Shown: in pieces, positions 49,801-60,071 of the stretch | How positions within the stretch are numbered: the stretch's first letter is position 1 | How the letters are laid out: the number at the start of each line of letters is the position of its first letter | Origin: Mobula hypostoma | Lineage: Eukaryota | DNA: 64,000 nt | Reading direction: 5' to 3' | Assembly (NCBI RefSeq): GCF_963921235.1 | Contig: NC_086097.1 | Span: 182,220,001 to 182,284,000, forward strand | The notes under the pieces: generated by a model | Database searches by the model: none | Seen by the model: the letters and a program-made list of their open reading frames with translations, nothing else | What the model was told of the DNA's origin: nothing | Position numbers and translations under genes: made by a program

Positions 49801-51459
49801 TGTGTGTGTGAATGTGAACTGCCTCCAGCGCCTTTTCCACTACTACACTGCGTGTGAATGTGAACTGCCTCCAGCCAGCTCCTCAGGGCAGCCCATGTGA
49901 CTGGTTGTAAAGGGTACAGAAACCTTGTGGCAGTAATTGACCAAGTTACGGAGCCAAGTCTTATGGGGGAATTAACAGAGGATCATTGAGGAGATCTAGA
50001 TCTGTGGACTCTTCACCAGCTGAGGGTGTCCAACAGAAGCCACAAGATCTGGTCACTGCACCAGCTGGATACAGTGCCCTGATAAAATAACTTGGCTAAA
50101 GAGGAAGTGTTTTATGCAAAGGGCTGTGAGTTCCTGGGCTGAACTACAGGGAGTGACAGAGCTCCAGGGAGCCCACTGTGTGGCTGCTGTTGTCCATAGG
50201 TGTGAATCTTTTTCCTCATTACCCATCTGAAGGAGGCTGGGAGAAAGACATGATTTGGTAACGAGGCAGTCATGGCACAGAATACAGACTGTGTATGTAA
50301 ATACCCCAGCCAGTCATGGAAAATCATTTCAGGTCTTTTTTTGAAAGTTGGTTAGGAGTGAGAACAAATTGCCATCAGTTTATCTCATTTAACAGGTAAT
50401 CACAGTCCGAGGACGCACTCTGAAATTGAATTTTAGCTGTTTTGAAGTGTCATAAATCAAAGGGTGCCTGTTGCGCGTTCCACAGGCAGCATCTTGAAGG
50501 ATAAGTGGCAGAAACAGACCTCTCCGCTCTAATCCGCTCACCATCTCTGACAGACCACGCAGAGATAATGAACTTCTCATGTGCTTAAGAATGATGCAGG
50601 ATGCATGGAGATTTTACTGACAGCTCTTAATACGTTTCTCAACAGCTCTGAGAATGATGGGCTTTGTCTTAGTTATTTCCTCCTCTTTAAACCTACACCA
50701 GAATTGATGGCCAGGGAAGATTCTGTTCTGGGGCGGTGTTTATGATTAATGCTGAGTGCCAGTGTCTGTCTCGAAAGCTTGGTGTAAATTTACTGCATTT
50801 CAAATAACACGAGTTGCATCTTTTATATGGTACTGTGTGAGAGATCTCTTCAGCTTTGAGGCATGGACACATGCTGTTCAGGGTAGTGTGGTCGGGTCAG
50901 TGATTGTGGCTATTTCCTCAATTGGAGGTGTAGCGTGGCTGAGCTGCTGGGGCAAATCGCAGGGTCAGGTGCTGGAAAGCTCTGTGGGCATCAATTACAG
51001 GTACCTGCTGAGTTGAATGGCTCCATCTCGCACCAGATTTGTAAGCACCGGGTCTAAACTAACTCCAATTTAGTCCAGAGCACTCGGAGTTAATGCATTT
51101 GGCAGGTGTAACAGGCCATGTATTAAACAGGAGGATGCTGAGTGGTATGGGGGAACTGTCCACAGAGTTTTAAATGTAGCAGGACAGGTTAACAGTGTGA
51201 CTGGCAAAGCAGGCAGGATGCTTGCCCCTAGCCGAGGTAACAGGGAGAACTATGTACAGCAACAGCTGGACCACTGCCTGCGCACTGTGGCAAATTCATC
51301 ACCACACTGCAGGAGAGATGTTGACTGTCCTGGAGATGGTGCAGAGGATGTTGCTGGAACTAGAAGGTTGTAACCATGAGAAATTAGTTGCATGAGTAGG
51401 CCATGTGGCCCTTTGAATCTGCTCCACAATTTAATGTTTATCTTTTTCTTCTTAGAAAT

Positions 51460-52840
51460 CCCCACACTGTCAAAGGGTCAGTACTGAGAGAGCCCCACAC
51501 TATCAGGGGGTCAGTACTGAGGGAGCCCCACACTGTCAGAGGGACAATACGGAGGGAGTGTCTCACTGTCAGAGGGTCAGTACTGAGGGAGTGTCTCACT
51601 GTCAGAGGGTCACTACTGAGGGAGCCCCGCACTGTCAGAGGGTCAGTACTGAAGGAGCCCCACACTGTCAGAGGGTCAGTACTGAGGGAGTGTCTCACTG
51701 TCAGACGGACAGTACTGAGGGAGCCCCACACTGTCAGAGGGTCAGTACTGCGGGAGCTCCACACTGTCAGAGGGTCAGTACTGAGGGAGTGTCTCACTGT
51801 CAGACGGACAGTACTGAGGGAGCCCCACACTGTCAGAGGGTCAGTACTGAGGGAGTGTCTCACTGTCAGACAGACAGTACTGAGGGAGCCCCACACTGTC
51901 AGATGGACAGTACGGAGGGAGCCCCACACTGTCAGAGGGTCAGTACTGAGGGAGTGTCTCACTGTCAGACAGACAGTACTGAGGGAGCCCCACACTGTCA
52001 GATGGACAGTACGGAGGGAGGCTCACACTGTCAGAGGGTCAGTACTGAGGGAGCTGCACACTGTCAGAGGGTCAGTACTGAGGGAGTGTCTCACTGTCAG
52101 CGGGTCAGTACTGAGGGAGCCCCACACAGTCAGAGGGTCAGTACTGAGGGAGCCCCACGCTGTCAAAGGGTCAGTACTGAGGGAGCCCCACACTGTCAGA
52201 GGGTCAGTACTGAGGGAGCTGCACACTGTCAGAGGGTTCAGTACTGAGGGAGCCCCACACTGTCAGAGAGTCAGTACTGAGGGAGCCCCACACTGTCAGA
52301 GGGTCAGTACTGAGGGAACTCCACACTGTCGGAGGGTCAGTACTGAGGGAGTGTCTCACTGTCAGAGGGACAGTACTGCGGGAGCTCCACACTGTCAGAG
52401 CGTCAGTACTGCGGGAGCTCCACACTGTCAGAGGGTCAGTACTGAGGGAGCCCCACACTGTCAGAGGGTCAGTACTGAGGGAGTGTCTCACTGTCAGAGG
52501 GTCAGTACTGAGGGAGCCCCACACTGTTAGAGGGTCAGTACTGAGGGAGCTCCACACTGTCAGAGGGTCAGTACTGAGGGAGCCCCACGCTGTCAGAGGG
52601 TCAGTACTGAGGGAGTGTCTCACTGTCAGAGGGACAGTACTGAGGGAGCCCCACACTGTCAGAGGGTCAGTACTGAGGGAGCTGCACACTGTCAGAGGGT
52701 CAGTACTGAGGGAGCTCCACACTGTCAGAGGGTCAGTACTGAGGGAGCCCCACACTGTCAGAGGGACAGTACGGAGGGAGCCCCAGACTGTCAGAGTGTC
52801 AGTAGTAAAGGAGTCCCCCACTATCAGGGGACAGTACTTT
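51460..52840 (+). repeat. 33-bp minisatellite (CAGTACTGAGGGAGCCCCACACTGTCAGAGGGT), ~42 copies with variant units
   Basis: Direct tandem array; variants CCCCA/TGTCT/CTCCA/CTGCA occupy one position. Confidence 0.97.
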
Positions 52841-52894
52841 GGAAACTACTGACGTGAAAGAGGCAGTATGTGGAAACAGTACAGAATGTTGCCG

Positions 52895-53100
52895 TGCCAT
52901 TGGGTAGGTGTGCTGAGGGAGTTCTGGACAGTCACAGCTGTCAGCTTCAGGTTAGGTACTGAGGTGAGTGAGCCTGTGTTCACTGCTGAGGTCAGGAGAA
53001 TGAGCAGTGGGGTCATAGAACCAGAGAACTCTTTCCACTGTCCTGGTCTATATTTATTTTTCAATGAGCATCTCTAAAAACAAATTCTCTGGCCATTCTG
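52895..53100 (+). mobile_element. Deu-domain SINE remnant adjacent to the array
   Basis: GTGCTGAGGGAGTTCTGGACAGTC..TGTCCTGGTCTATATTTATTTTTCAA..CATCTCTAAAAACAAATTCTCTGGCCATT resembles the Deu consensus as I recall it. Confidence 0.6.
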
Positions 53101-53731
53101 GTTTTATAGACCATAGACCATTACAGCATGAGAACAGGTCCTTCAGCCCGCATTGTCTGTGCGAACCATGATGCCAATTTAAACTAATCCGTATCCTGCT
53201 GTTCATGTGCCTTATCTAAATGCCTCTAAAACATCACTATCAAATTTTTGAGGAGTACAGACATCAGGATCAAGTGAGAAAGTTTTCCCCATAGCAAAGA
53301 CATCTAGACTTCAGGCAGAGTACGGCATTGAGAGGGGATTTTTACACAATGAATGACTGGAGTTTAGGATGTATGGCCTGAGGGGATGTTGGAGGAAAAT
53401 ACTCCCACTCTGAGTCACCAGAGCACAGGCTACAGACAAAGTGCTGGTAAATGGGATCAACATACATCAGTGCTCAATGGTCAGCATGGGCATAATGGGC
53501 TGAAGGGCCTGTGTCGATGATGTGTGAGATCCTGTGTTGATCGAGTGGATTCAGTAGATTTCTATGTTTCCTACAGGAGTTATGGTGTCCTGGCACCTCT
53601 CTTGGCTGGGAAATGTTGAGGTGAGGTTGAGGCCGGAGTGGACACTTGCCCTGATGATCTCAGAACTGTGGTACAGATCAGCTGCAATGTAATACCTACT
53701 CCTCACTGGGACAGTACTGGAAATGTGGCTA

Positions 53732-54060
53732 GAGGGACGACATGGTAACATAGCAGTTAGAGCATTGCTTTACAGCACCAATGATCATTGATTGGGGTTC
53801 ATTTCCCACTGCTGTCTGCAAGGAGGTTATACATTCTCCCAGTGAACGCATAGGTTTCCTCCAGGTGCTCTAATTTCAAATCACGTTCCAAGTAAGGACG
53901 AACGGTTAGGGTTATTGCATTGAGGGCATGCAATGTTGTTGCCGGAAGCATACTTGTGGGCTTCTTAGCTCAATCCTCACTGATTTGATTTGAATTGAAC
54001 AACACATTTCACCATGTGTTTCAATGTTTTTTCATGTACATATGACAAACAAAGCTAATC
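53732..54060 (+). mobile_element. V-SINE (tRNA-derived), decayed
   Basis: A-box-like TAGCAGTTAG, B-box-like GGTTCATTTCCC, V-domain-like GGTTTCCTCCAGGTGCTCT. Confidence 0.7.
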
Positions 54061-54192
54061 ACAGACGAGAAAATGTGCAGATGCTGGAAACCCGAGCAAC
54101 ACACACAAAGTACTGGAGGAATTCAACAGTCCAGACAGCATCTATGGAAAAAAGTACAGTCGACTTCTTGGGCTAAAACCCTTCGGCAGGAA
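54061..54192 (-). mobile_element. PLE 3'-end fragment with degenerate hammerhead
   Basis: The minus strand reads CCTGCCGAAGGGTTTTAGCCCAAGAAGTCGACTG..ATAGATGCTG..TTTCCAGCATCTGCAC. Confidence 0.78.
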
Positions 54193-54796
54193 GGGCTTCT
54201 CTCTGTCTCTCTGTGAGTCTTACAAACTATTATCGAAAGGATCAAGGACAGCTAGGTCATTGTGCTGGAACTCGGTGAGTCAGTGAGGATGCGGGCAGGG
54301 GCGCAGGACACCTGTATGGAGGGTGGGACTCCTTGTCAGCCTCCTCTGTGAAAGGACAGGCTTTTGGAAACACTGGACATCTTGCCGTGACTTACCCTTA
54401 ATTGCATTTAATCCGGCTGCACACGATAAATGTTTTGACAAATTGTGTTTAAACTGTGTTTGTAATTAGACCCTGTTCCTGGGAGTCGCTGCTGAGATTT
54501 TGTTTCCTTCAGGGCATTTTTTTAAATAAATGGCAGCTGTGAAATGGAAATGGCACAATCTTGATGAGGGATGTATCCGGAATCGTTTAGTATCTTCTGT
54601 TGTTGTCCCCTCTCATTGCGCACTCTTTGGAGGAGAAACTCACAACAAAATGGGCTAATTGATGTTTACCAGAGTAGATTAAAATGCATAATGCTCAGTA
54701 GGCTAGTCAGCATCTACGGGGGGGACTGTCAGTCTTTCTGGTCAAAGGCCTTTCATCAAAAAGAAATGAAGATGGGTGAAAAGGTTTGAAGCTTAA

Positions 54797-55200
54797 GCAA
54801 GAGGGTCTGCAGATGCTGAATATCTTGAGCAAGACACAGGAAATGCTGCAGGAACTCAGCAAGTCAGACAATATCTTTGGAAATGTGTAAACAATCGACA
54901 GAGTGAGCTGTGACACTTCGTCGGGACTGGAAAGGCAGGGGACGGAACCCAGAATATGAAGGTAGGGGTAGGGTGAAGGAGCATAAGCTGGCGGGTAATA
55001 AGTGAGGTCAGAGAGGGTGGAAGGTGGGAGAGGAAGGAATAAGTAAGAAGCTAGAAGGCGAGAGATGGAAGAGGTAAAGGGAAGAAAAAGGAGTCTGATA
55101 GGAGAGAACCGTGGACCATGGAAGGAGGAGGGAAACCAGAGGGGGACAATGGGTAATTAAGGAGAAGAAAAGAGTGAGAGGGTAACCAAAATGGGAAGCC
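54797..55200 (-). mobile_element. PLE 3' UTR fragment with degenerate hammerhead
   Basis: The minus strand reads CAGTCCCGACGAAGTGTCACAGCTCACTCTGTCGATTG..CAGCATCTGCAG, preceded by a pyrimidine-rich UTR like 22890-23180. Confidence 0.75.
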
Positions 55201-55519
55201 TGTTGCCTGGATCACTACCCCTCCCTACTGAAGGGACTCTGGAGGAGGATAGCAGACTGTGAGGCTCACTAACACAAGGTACTGTTACTTTCTAGGGAAC
55301 TGACCACTCCTAATTTCACTGGAAATGGCCTGGTTGGACCAGGAACCTTATTTACCACTGAAACTCATCATGTCCCTGCTTCTGAGGAAGTGGAGTCGTA
55401 GAGTGGAAACTCTACAAATGCCACAAGATAGATCAGATCCTTGGAGCATGGGGAAGGATCATGGGCAGGGGAGATTCTGAAGAAATGATAAAAGAGGGAT
55501 ATTAGGTCAGTTGTTAGAT

Positions 55520-56105
55520 CTACAACGGCATTGAGTACAAGAGTTTGGGCATCATGTTACAACTGTACAAGACATTGGTGAAACCGCACTAGGAGTACTG
55601 TGTACATTTCTGGACACCCAGCTAAACTGGAAAGCATGCAGAAGAAATTCACAAAGATGTTGCTGGCACTAAAAAGCTTGAGTTCAAGGAGAGACTGGAC
55701 AAGCTGGGACTGTTTATCTGGAGTTGAGGGGTGGTATGATGGAGGCTTAAAAATCAATTGGGCGGGGGGGTGCATAGATAAAGTGAATAGTCACAGTCCT
55801 TCCCCCAGGGATGGGGGAGTCTAAAACTAGAGGCTGTAGGTTTAGGGTGAGAGAGGAAAGACTTAAAATGGATCTGAGGGGCAACTTCTTATGACACAGA
55901 GGGTGGTGGGTACATGAAATGAGCTCCATGGGAGCAGTGGAAGTATGTACACTGTTTAAAAGATATTTAGACACGTACGTGGCTAGGAAAGATTTTGAAG
56001 GATGTGGGCCAAATAAAGGCAAATAGGCTTACCTCAAATAGACAGCTTGGTTGCCCTGGATGAATGAGCTGAAGAACCTGTTTCCATGCTGATTAACTCT
56101 ATGAC
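55520..56105 (+). mobile_element. CR1 3' fragment
   Basis: CTGTACAAGACATTGGTGAAACCGCAC; KLESMQKKFTKML. Confidence 0.82.
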
Positions 56106-56819
56106 AAGGAAGTGTAAGGGTGGGCCTAGTTTTTGGTAAGGAAGACCAAGCAGGCAACAGACAGAGGGGCACTGAACATAATATAGTCAATGGTGAACTT
56201 TATGGTGCTATGATATTTATTGTTTCATTTTTTGAAATCCTCTGGATTGACCCATTGGCTTATCTCATTCCCTCCGCCTGTCTCTGATGTATACTTGCCT
56301 CATTGTTTCTTCCATGAGGCTGAGTGACAGGAGGTGGAAGGGAGCTGAGTGGTGGGAAAGGAAGGAGGATAAGTTGGCTGTGTCCCAAACTTTGTTAACA
56401 CGTTTATGACAATAATGGAACTTTATCCCCAAAGGTATTATGTTGGTGGCAGGAATTGGACACCAAGGCGAAGAGGGCCTTGTGATGTTTGGAAACTGAT
56501 GTTCATGAAGTTCCCCCCCCGATGGTTTGCAGCCAGGCCAGTCATGGACAGGACTCATGGGATCTTTCTGGACATAGAACGAGTACTGAATTCACACAGA
56601 TGGCACCTGACTGAGGAGAATTTAAAGGAGTTTTGGGGAGTTCTGACCAGAGCCTGTTATTGAGGGCAAGGATGAAAGTGAGGGTGACCCTGATGGAGGC
56701 TAGGGAGGGGCGGAGAAGTAGAACTCTTTCAGTGCGCTGGGCAGTTAATAATATGGCCTGTAAATTGGACAGGACTGTCGTGGTAATGAGTTTTAGAGTC
56801 CTTTGCTGGCACTGAATTG

Positions 56820-56925
56820 TAGGCACACCTCCAGCTCACCACTGCCTTCTCAAGGGCAACTAGGGATGGGCAATTAAGTGCTGTCTCAACCTGCAAAACC
56901 CACATTGTTTGAATGAATAAAAAAG
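56820..56925 (+). mobile_element. LINE 3' tail (L2/CR1 group)
   Basis: CAGCTCACCACTGCCTTCTCAAGGGCAACTAGGGATGGGCAATTAAGTGCTG..GAATGAATAAAAAA. Confidence 0.7.
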
Positions 56926-58329
56926 TTTGCATCAGTGTCGGGACTGCATTTATGGAGATGGGGGATGGGACCTGCTTTTTGCTTTGCTAATTAGGTTGTT
57001 CCTTAAAAAGGCCGGCACAGATCATGGGCTCAATGGTGATCCTTTGAGCTGTATAGTTCTCCGATTCAATCTGACTTTATTTTTCTTTAAAAATGACTGA
57101 CGAATGGTTAAAATCCATTATTCAGTTGGTTCCTAAATCTGGAGTTTTAACCCTGAATTTAGGAAATTGATGTCCTGCTGGGAAGCAACATCAGATAAGG
57201 TTTGTCCTGCTATCAGTCTCCATTAGACACACACAGGGCATTTATAAAATAGTGTCTCTGTGGCAGGAGAGTGTTTGGTATATTTGCATCTGTTTGATTA
57301 AAGGGAGCTGCTGGTTAACCTCAGTGAACTGGGCTGGGATCTCAACTCATTCTGTACAAGTCAGAGCACTGAGTTTACCTAGCAACCTCCCCTACTTCTA
57401 ATTCACTTGCTTTCCTTTCCTGGCACTTTCCCCCAGGCCTGTATCTCCATAATGGCTGAGGTCTGATTATAGTAATACAGGTTAGGAATATTGGGTGTAA
57501 TGATCTGCAAAATGAGGAGGCAGTACGCTGACATTTACAGATGGTGGTTGCTTTGTTTGTGATTGCAGCACCTCTGCAATTTACTGTCCTCTCTCCGTCC
57601 CGATACACTTCCCTGTCATAATCAAATACACTCGCTGCCTCACAGTGGAATTTAGAAAATCTGTGCGCCTCCCCCCCAGCCATCAGTGGAGGAATTGGGA
57701 CCACTCGGTGTAGGCTCTGCTTGTTTGCAGGTGATGGTGTTACTGAATCTGCCTGTTCAGTGGGACTGAGTGCTGGTACAGCTCAGGTGGTGTATCACAG
57801 GAGCCTCGGAAAGCAGTTGTTTCTGAACGTGGGCTGAGCAATTATTACTTTGTGCACTGTACTGGTGTCTTTTGCTGCTTAGAACCAAATCAGCACTAGT
57901 ACAGCAGTGACACCATCTGGTACAGAGAAAAGAGCACAAGGGATTAGGAGCTGTCACAATAAACTTCCAGGAACCAGCCCCACTTCACCCCAACTCAAGC
58001 CCCACCTTCTCATGTTTTGTCCAGCCCAATATCTCCTCACTTCATCGCACCACTTCTTCCCACCTCCCCACCTCCCCACCCCTGCTTAGGAAAATGGATC
58101 AAATGCTGTTGTTTACCGCTGGGGAATTTAAAACAAAAGTTGGGGAAGGGTGAACAGGGGGATTTGCTTGTTGTAAAGGGCATCAATACATTTACATCTG
58201 GTACTGTGTTTGGCAGATTCTCTTACGAGAAGGTTGAACAGGTTAGACTGTATCTGCTGGAGTGAGATGGGTGACAGCTTGGATGAAAAGATAATTTCCT
58301 TCTGTGGGAAAACAGAGCCAGCAGTAACT

Positions 58330-59400
58330 TCTCAGCCCCTTTTAAATCTCTCCCCTCTCACCTTAAACTCATGCCCCCTAGTGTAGACTCTCCTACCCTG
58401 GGGAAAAGACTGACTATCTGCACCCCTCATGATTGTATAAACCTCTATAAGGTTACCCCTCATCCCCCTTCTGTCCAGGGAAAGTAGTCCCAACCTGTCC
58501 AGACTCTCCCTATAACTTAGACCCTCGAGTGTTAACCACATCCTCGTGAATCTTTTCTGCACCCTTTCCAGCTTAATCACATCCTCCTTATAATATGGCA
58601 TCCAGAACTGCACACAATCCTTCAAGTGCATCTCATCAAGTAACATGACATCCCAACTCTTGAACTTATCGCCCCATCCTAGCATTTCATACACCTTTTT
58701 CATCACCCTGTCTACCTGTGTTACCACTTTCAGAGACTTATATCCTCAGACTTTGTTCTAAACACTCCCCAGGGCTCTGCCATTCACTGTGAAAATCCTG
58801 CTCTGCTTTAATTTCTCAAGCTGCATCACTTCACACTTGTCTGAATTAAATTCCTTCGGCCATTACTTTGTCCACTTTTCCTTTAGACCTAGTTCTAGAT
58901 CCTGCTGTAACCTTTGACAACTTCCCCACCAGAAGTTGGTCATCTGTAGACTTACTAACTATGCCATCTGCAGTCTCATCCAAAATAGGAAATATATCTG
59001 ACAAACAGCATTGGACCCAGCACCGATCCCCGCAGCACATCACTGGTCATGGGCCTCCAATCTGAAAAAACAACCCTTCACTACCTCCCACTGACCCCTA
59101 CCACCAAGCTAAATCTGTACCCAGTTGGCTATCTCACCCTGAACCCCAAGTGATGTCACCTTCAGAACCAGCCTACAATAAGGGACCTTGTTAAAGGCTT
59201 TGCTAAAGTCCATGAAGATAACTCCTAATGACCTGCTGTGGTAAATCTTCTTGGTCACTTTTTCAAAAAACTCTTATTAATTTAGAAGACATAATTTCCC
59301 ATGCTGTCTCAGAATCATCTCTATTAACTTTCCCACCATGATATTAGGCTCCCTGACTTGTCCTTGCAACCTGCTTAAAAGAGAGCACAACATTATCCAC
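58330..59400 (-). mobile_element. CR1 RT fragment
   Basis: HLKDCVQFWMPYYKEDVIKLERVQKRFTRM..RGNLIEVYTIMRG. Confidence 0.85.
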
Positions 59401-59529
59401 CCTTCTAGTCACTGTTAAAAACTAAAGGCTCAACTACTTTGCAGAAAAAAATACTTTTTTTCCCCTCATTGGCCAGGCTATTTGGATTTCTCTTCCTGAA
59501 GTGGAAGCAGAAACTGTAAGTATTTTAAC

Positions 59530-59670
59530 AGCAGGAGACACGAGAGACCGCAGATGTTGGAATGTGGAGCAAAAAAAACAAATTGCTGGAGGAACCCAGT
59601 GAATCGAGCAGCATCTGTGTGGGCAAGGGATGATCGACATTTTCAATCAGGACTCTGCCTGAAATAAATT
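59530..59670 (-). mobile_element. PLE 3'-end fragment, hammerhead largely eroded
   Basis: The minus strand reads GTCCTGATTGAAAATGTCGATCA..CAGATGCTGCTCGATTCACTGGGTTCCTCCAGCA..TTCCAACATCTGCGG. Confidence 0.65.
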
Positions 59671-60071
59671 GTTGATTAGCAAAGGAGTGGAAGTTATTGG
59701 GAATAGACAAAAATGTAGAATTGAGGTTACAATTAGAACAGCCATGATCTTATTAAGTGGGGGGGTTTGAAGGGTTGAGTAGCCTACCTCTACTCCAGAT
59801 TATTGTGTTTGCACGTTCTTCTCTTTATCCCCTAATTCACCTTTGCCCAGCACACTCAAATTCCTGAACTCCCTTTCTCCCCACCTCTTCTCCATCTCTC
59901 ACTCTCAGGATTTCGTTGTATTCCCGGTACCATTCTCCATGTATCCCTAACTCTATCTTTACCTGGACGTCCAACCTCACCTTCCCTTCATGCCCAGCAA
60001 ACCCATCTCCCCTTGTACCTCCCAACACCACCTTGGAGATGGCATTGGAGGTGTGCTGTACTCTCCAGGGG

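Noticed and set aside
51403..52821. 375-aa, 229-aa and 205-aa ORFs with 11-aa repeats
   Set aside because: They arise because a 33-bp unit lacks stops in several frames on both strands; there is no unique domain or splice context.
51460..52840. CRISPR-like appearance of ~33-bp repeats
   Set aside because: Units are head-to-tail with no unique spacers, there are no cas genes, and the context is vertebrate DNA.
53732..53815. tRNA gene
   Set aside because: A/B-box-like motifs run into a V-SINE body and I could not fold a cloverleaf; this is a SINE head. The same applies at ~31624.
57375..57704. 109-aa ORF as a host exon
   Set aside because: No recognisable protein similarity or convincing splice signals; composition fits a non-coding conserved element better, although a small exon cannot be excluded without RNA data.
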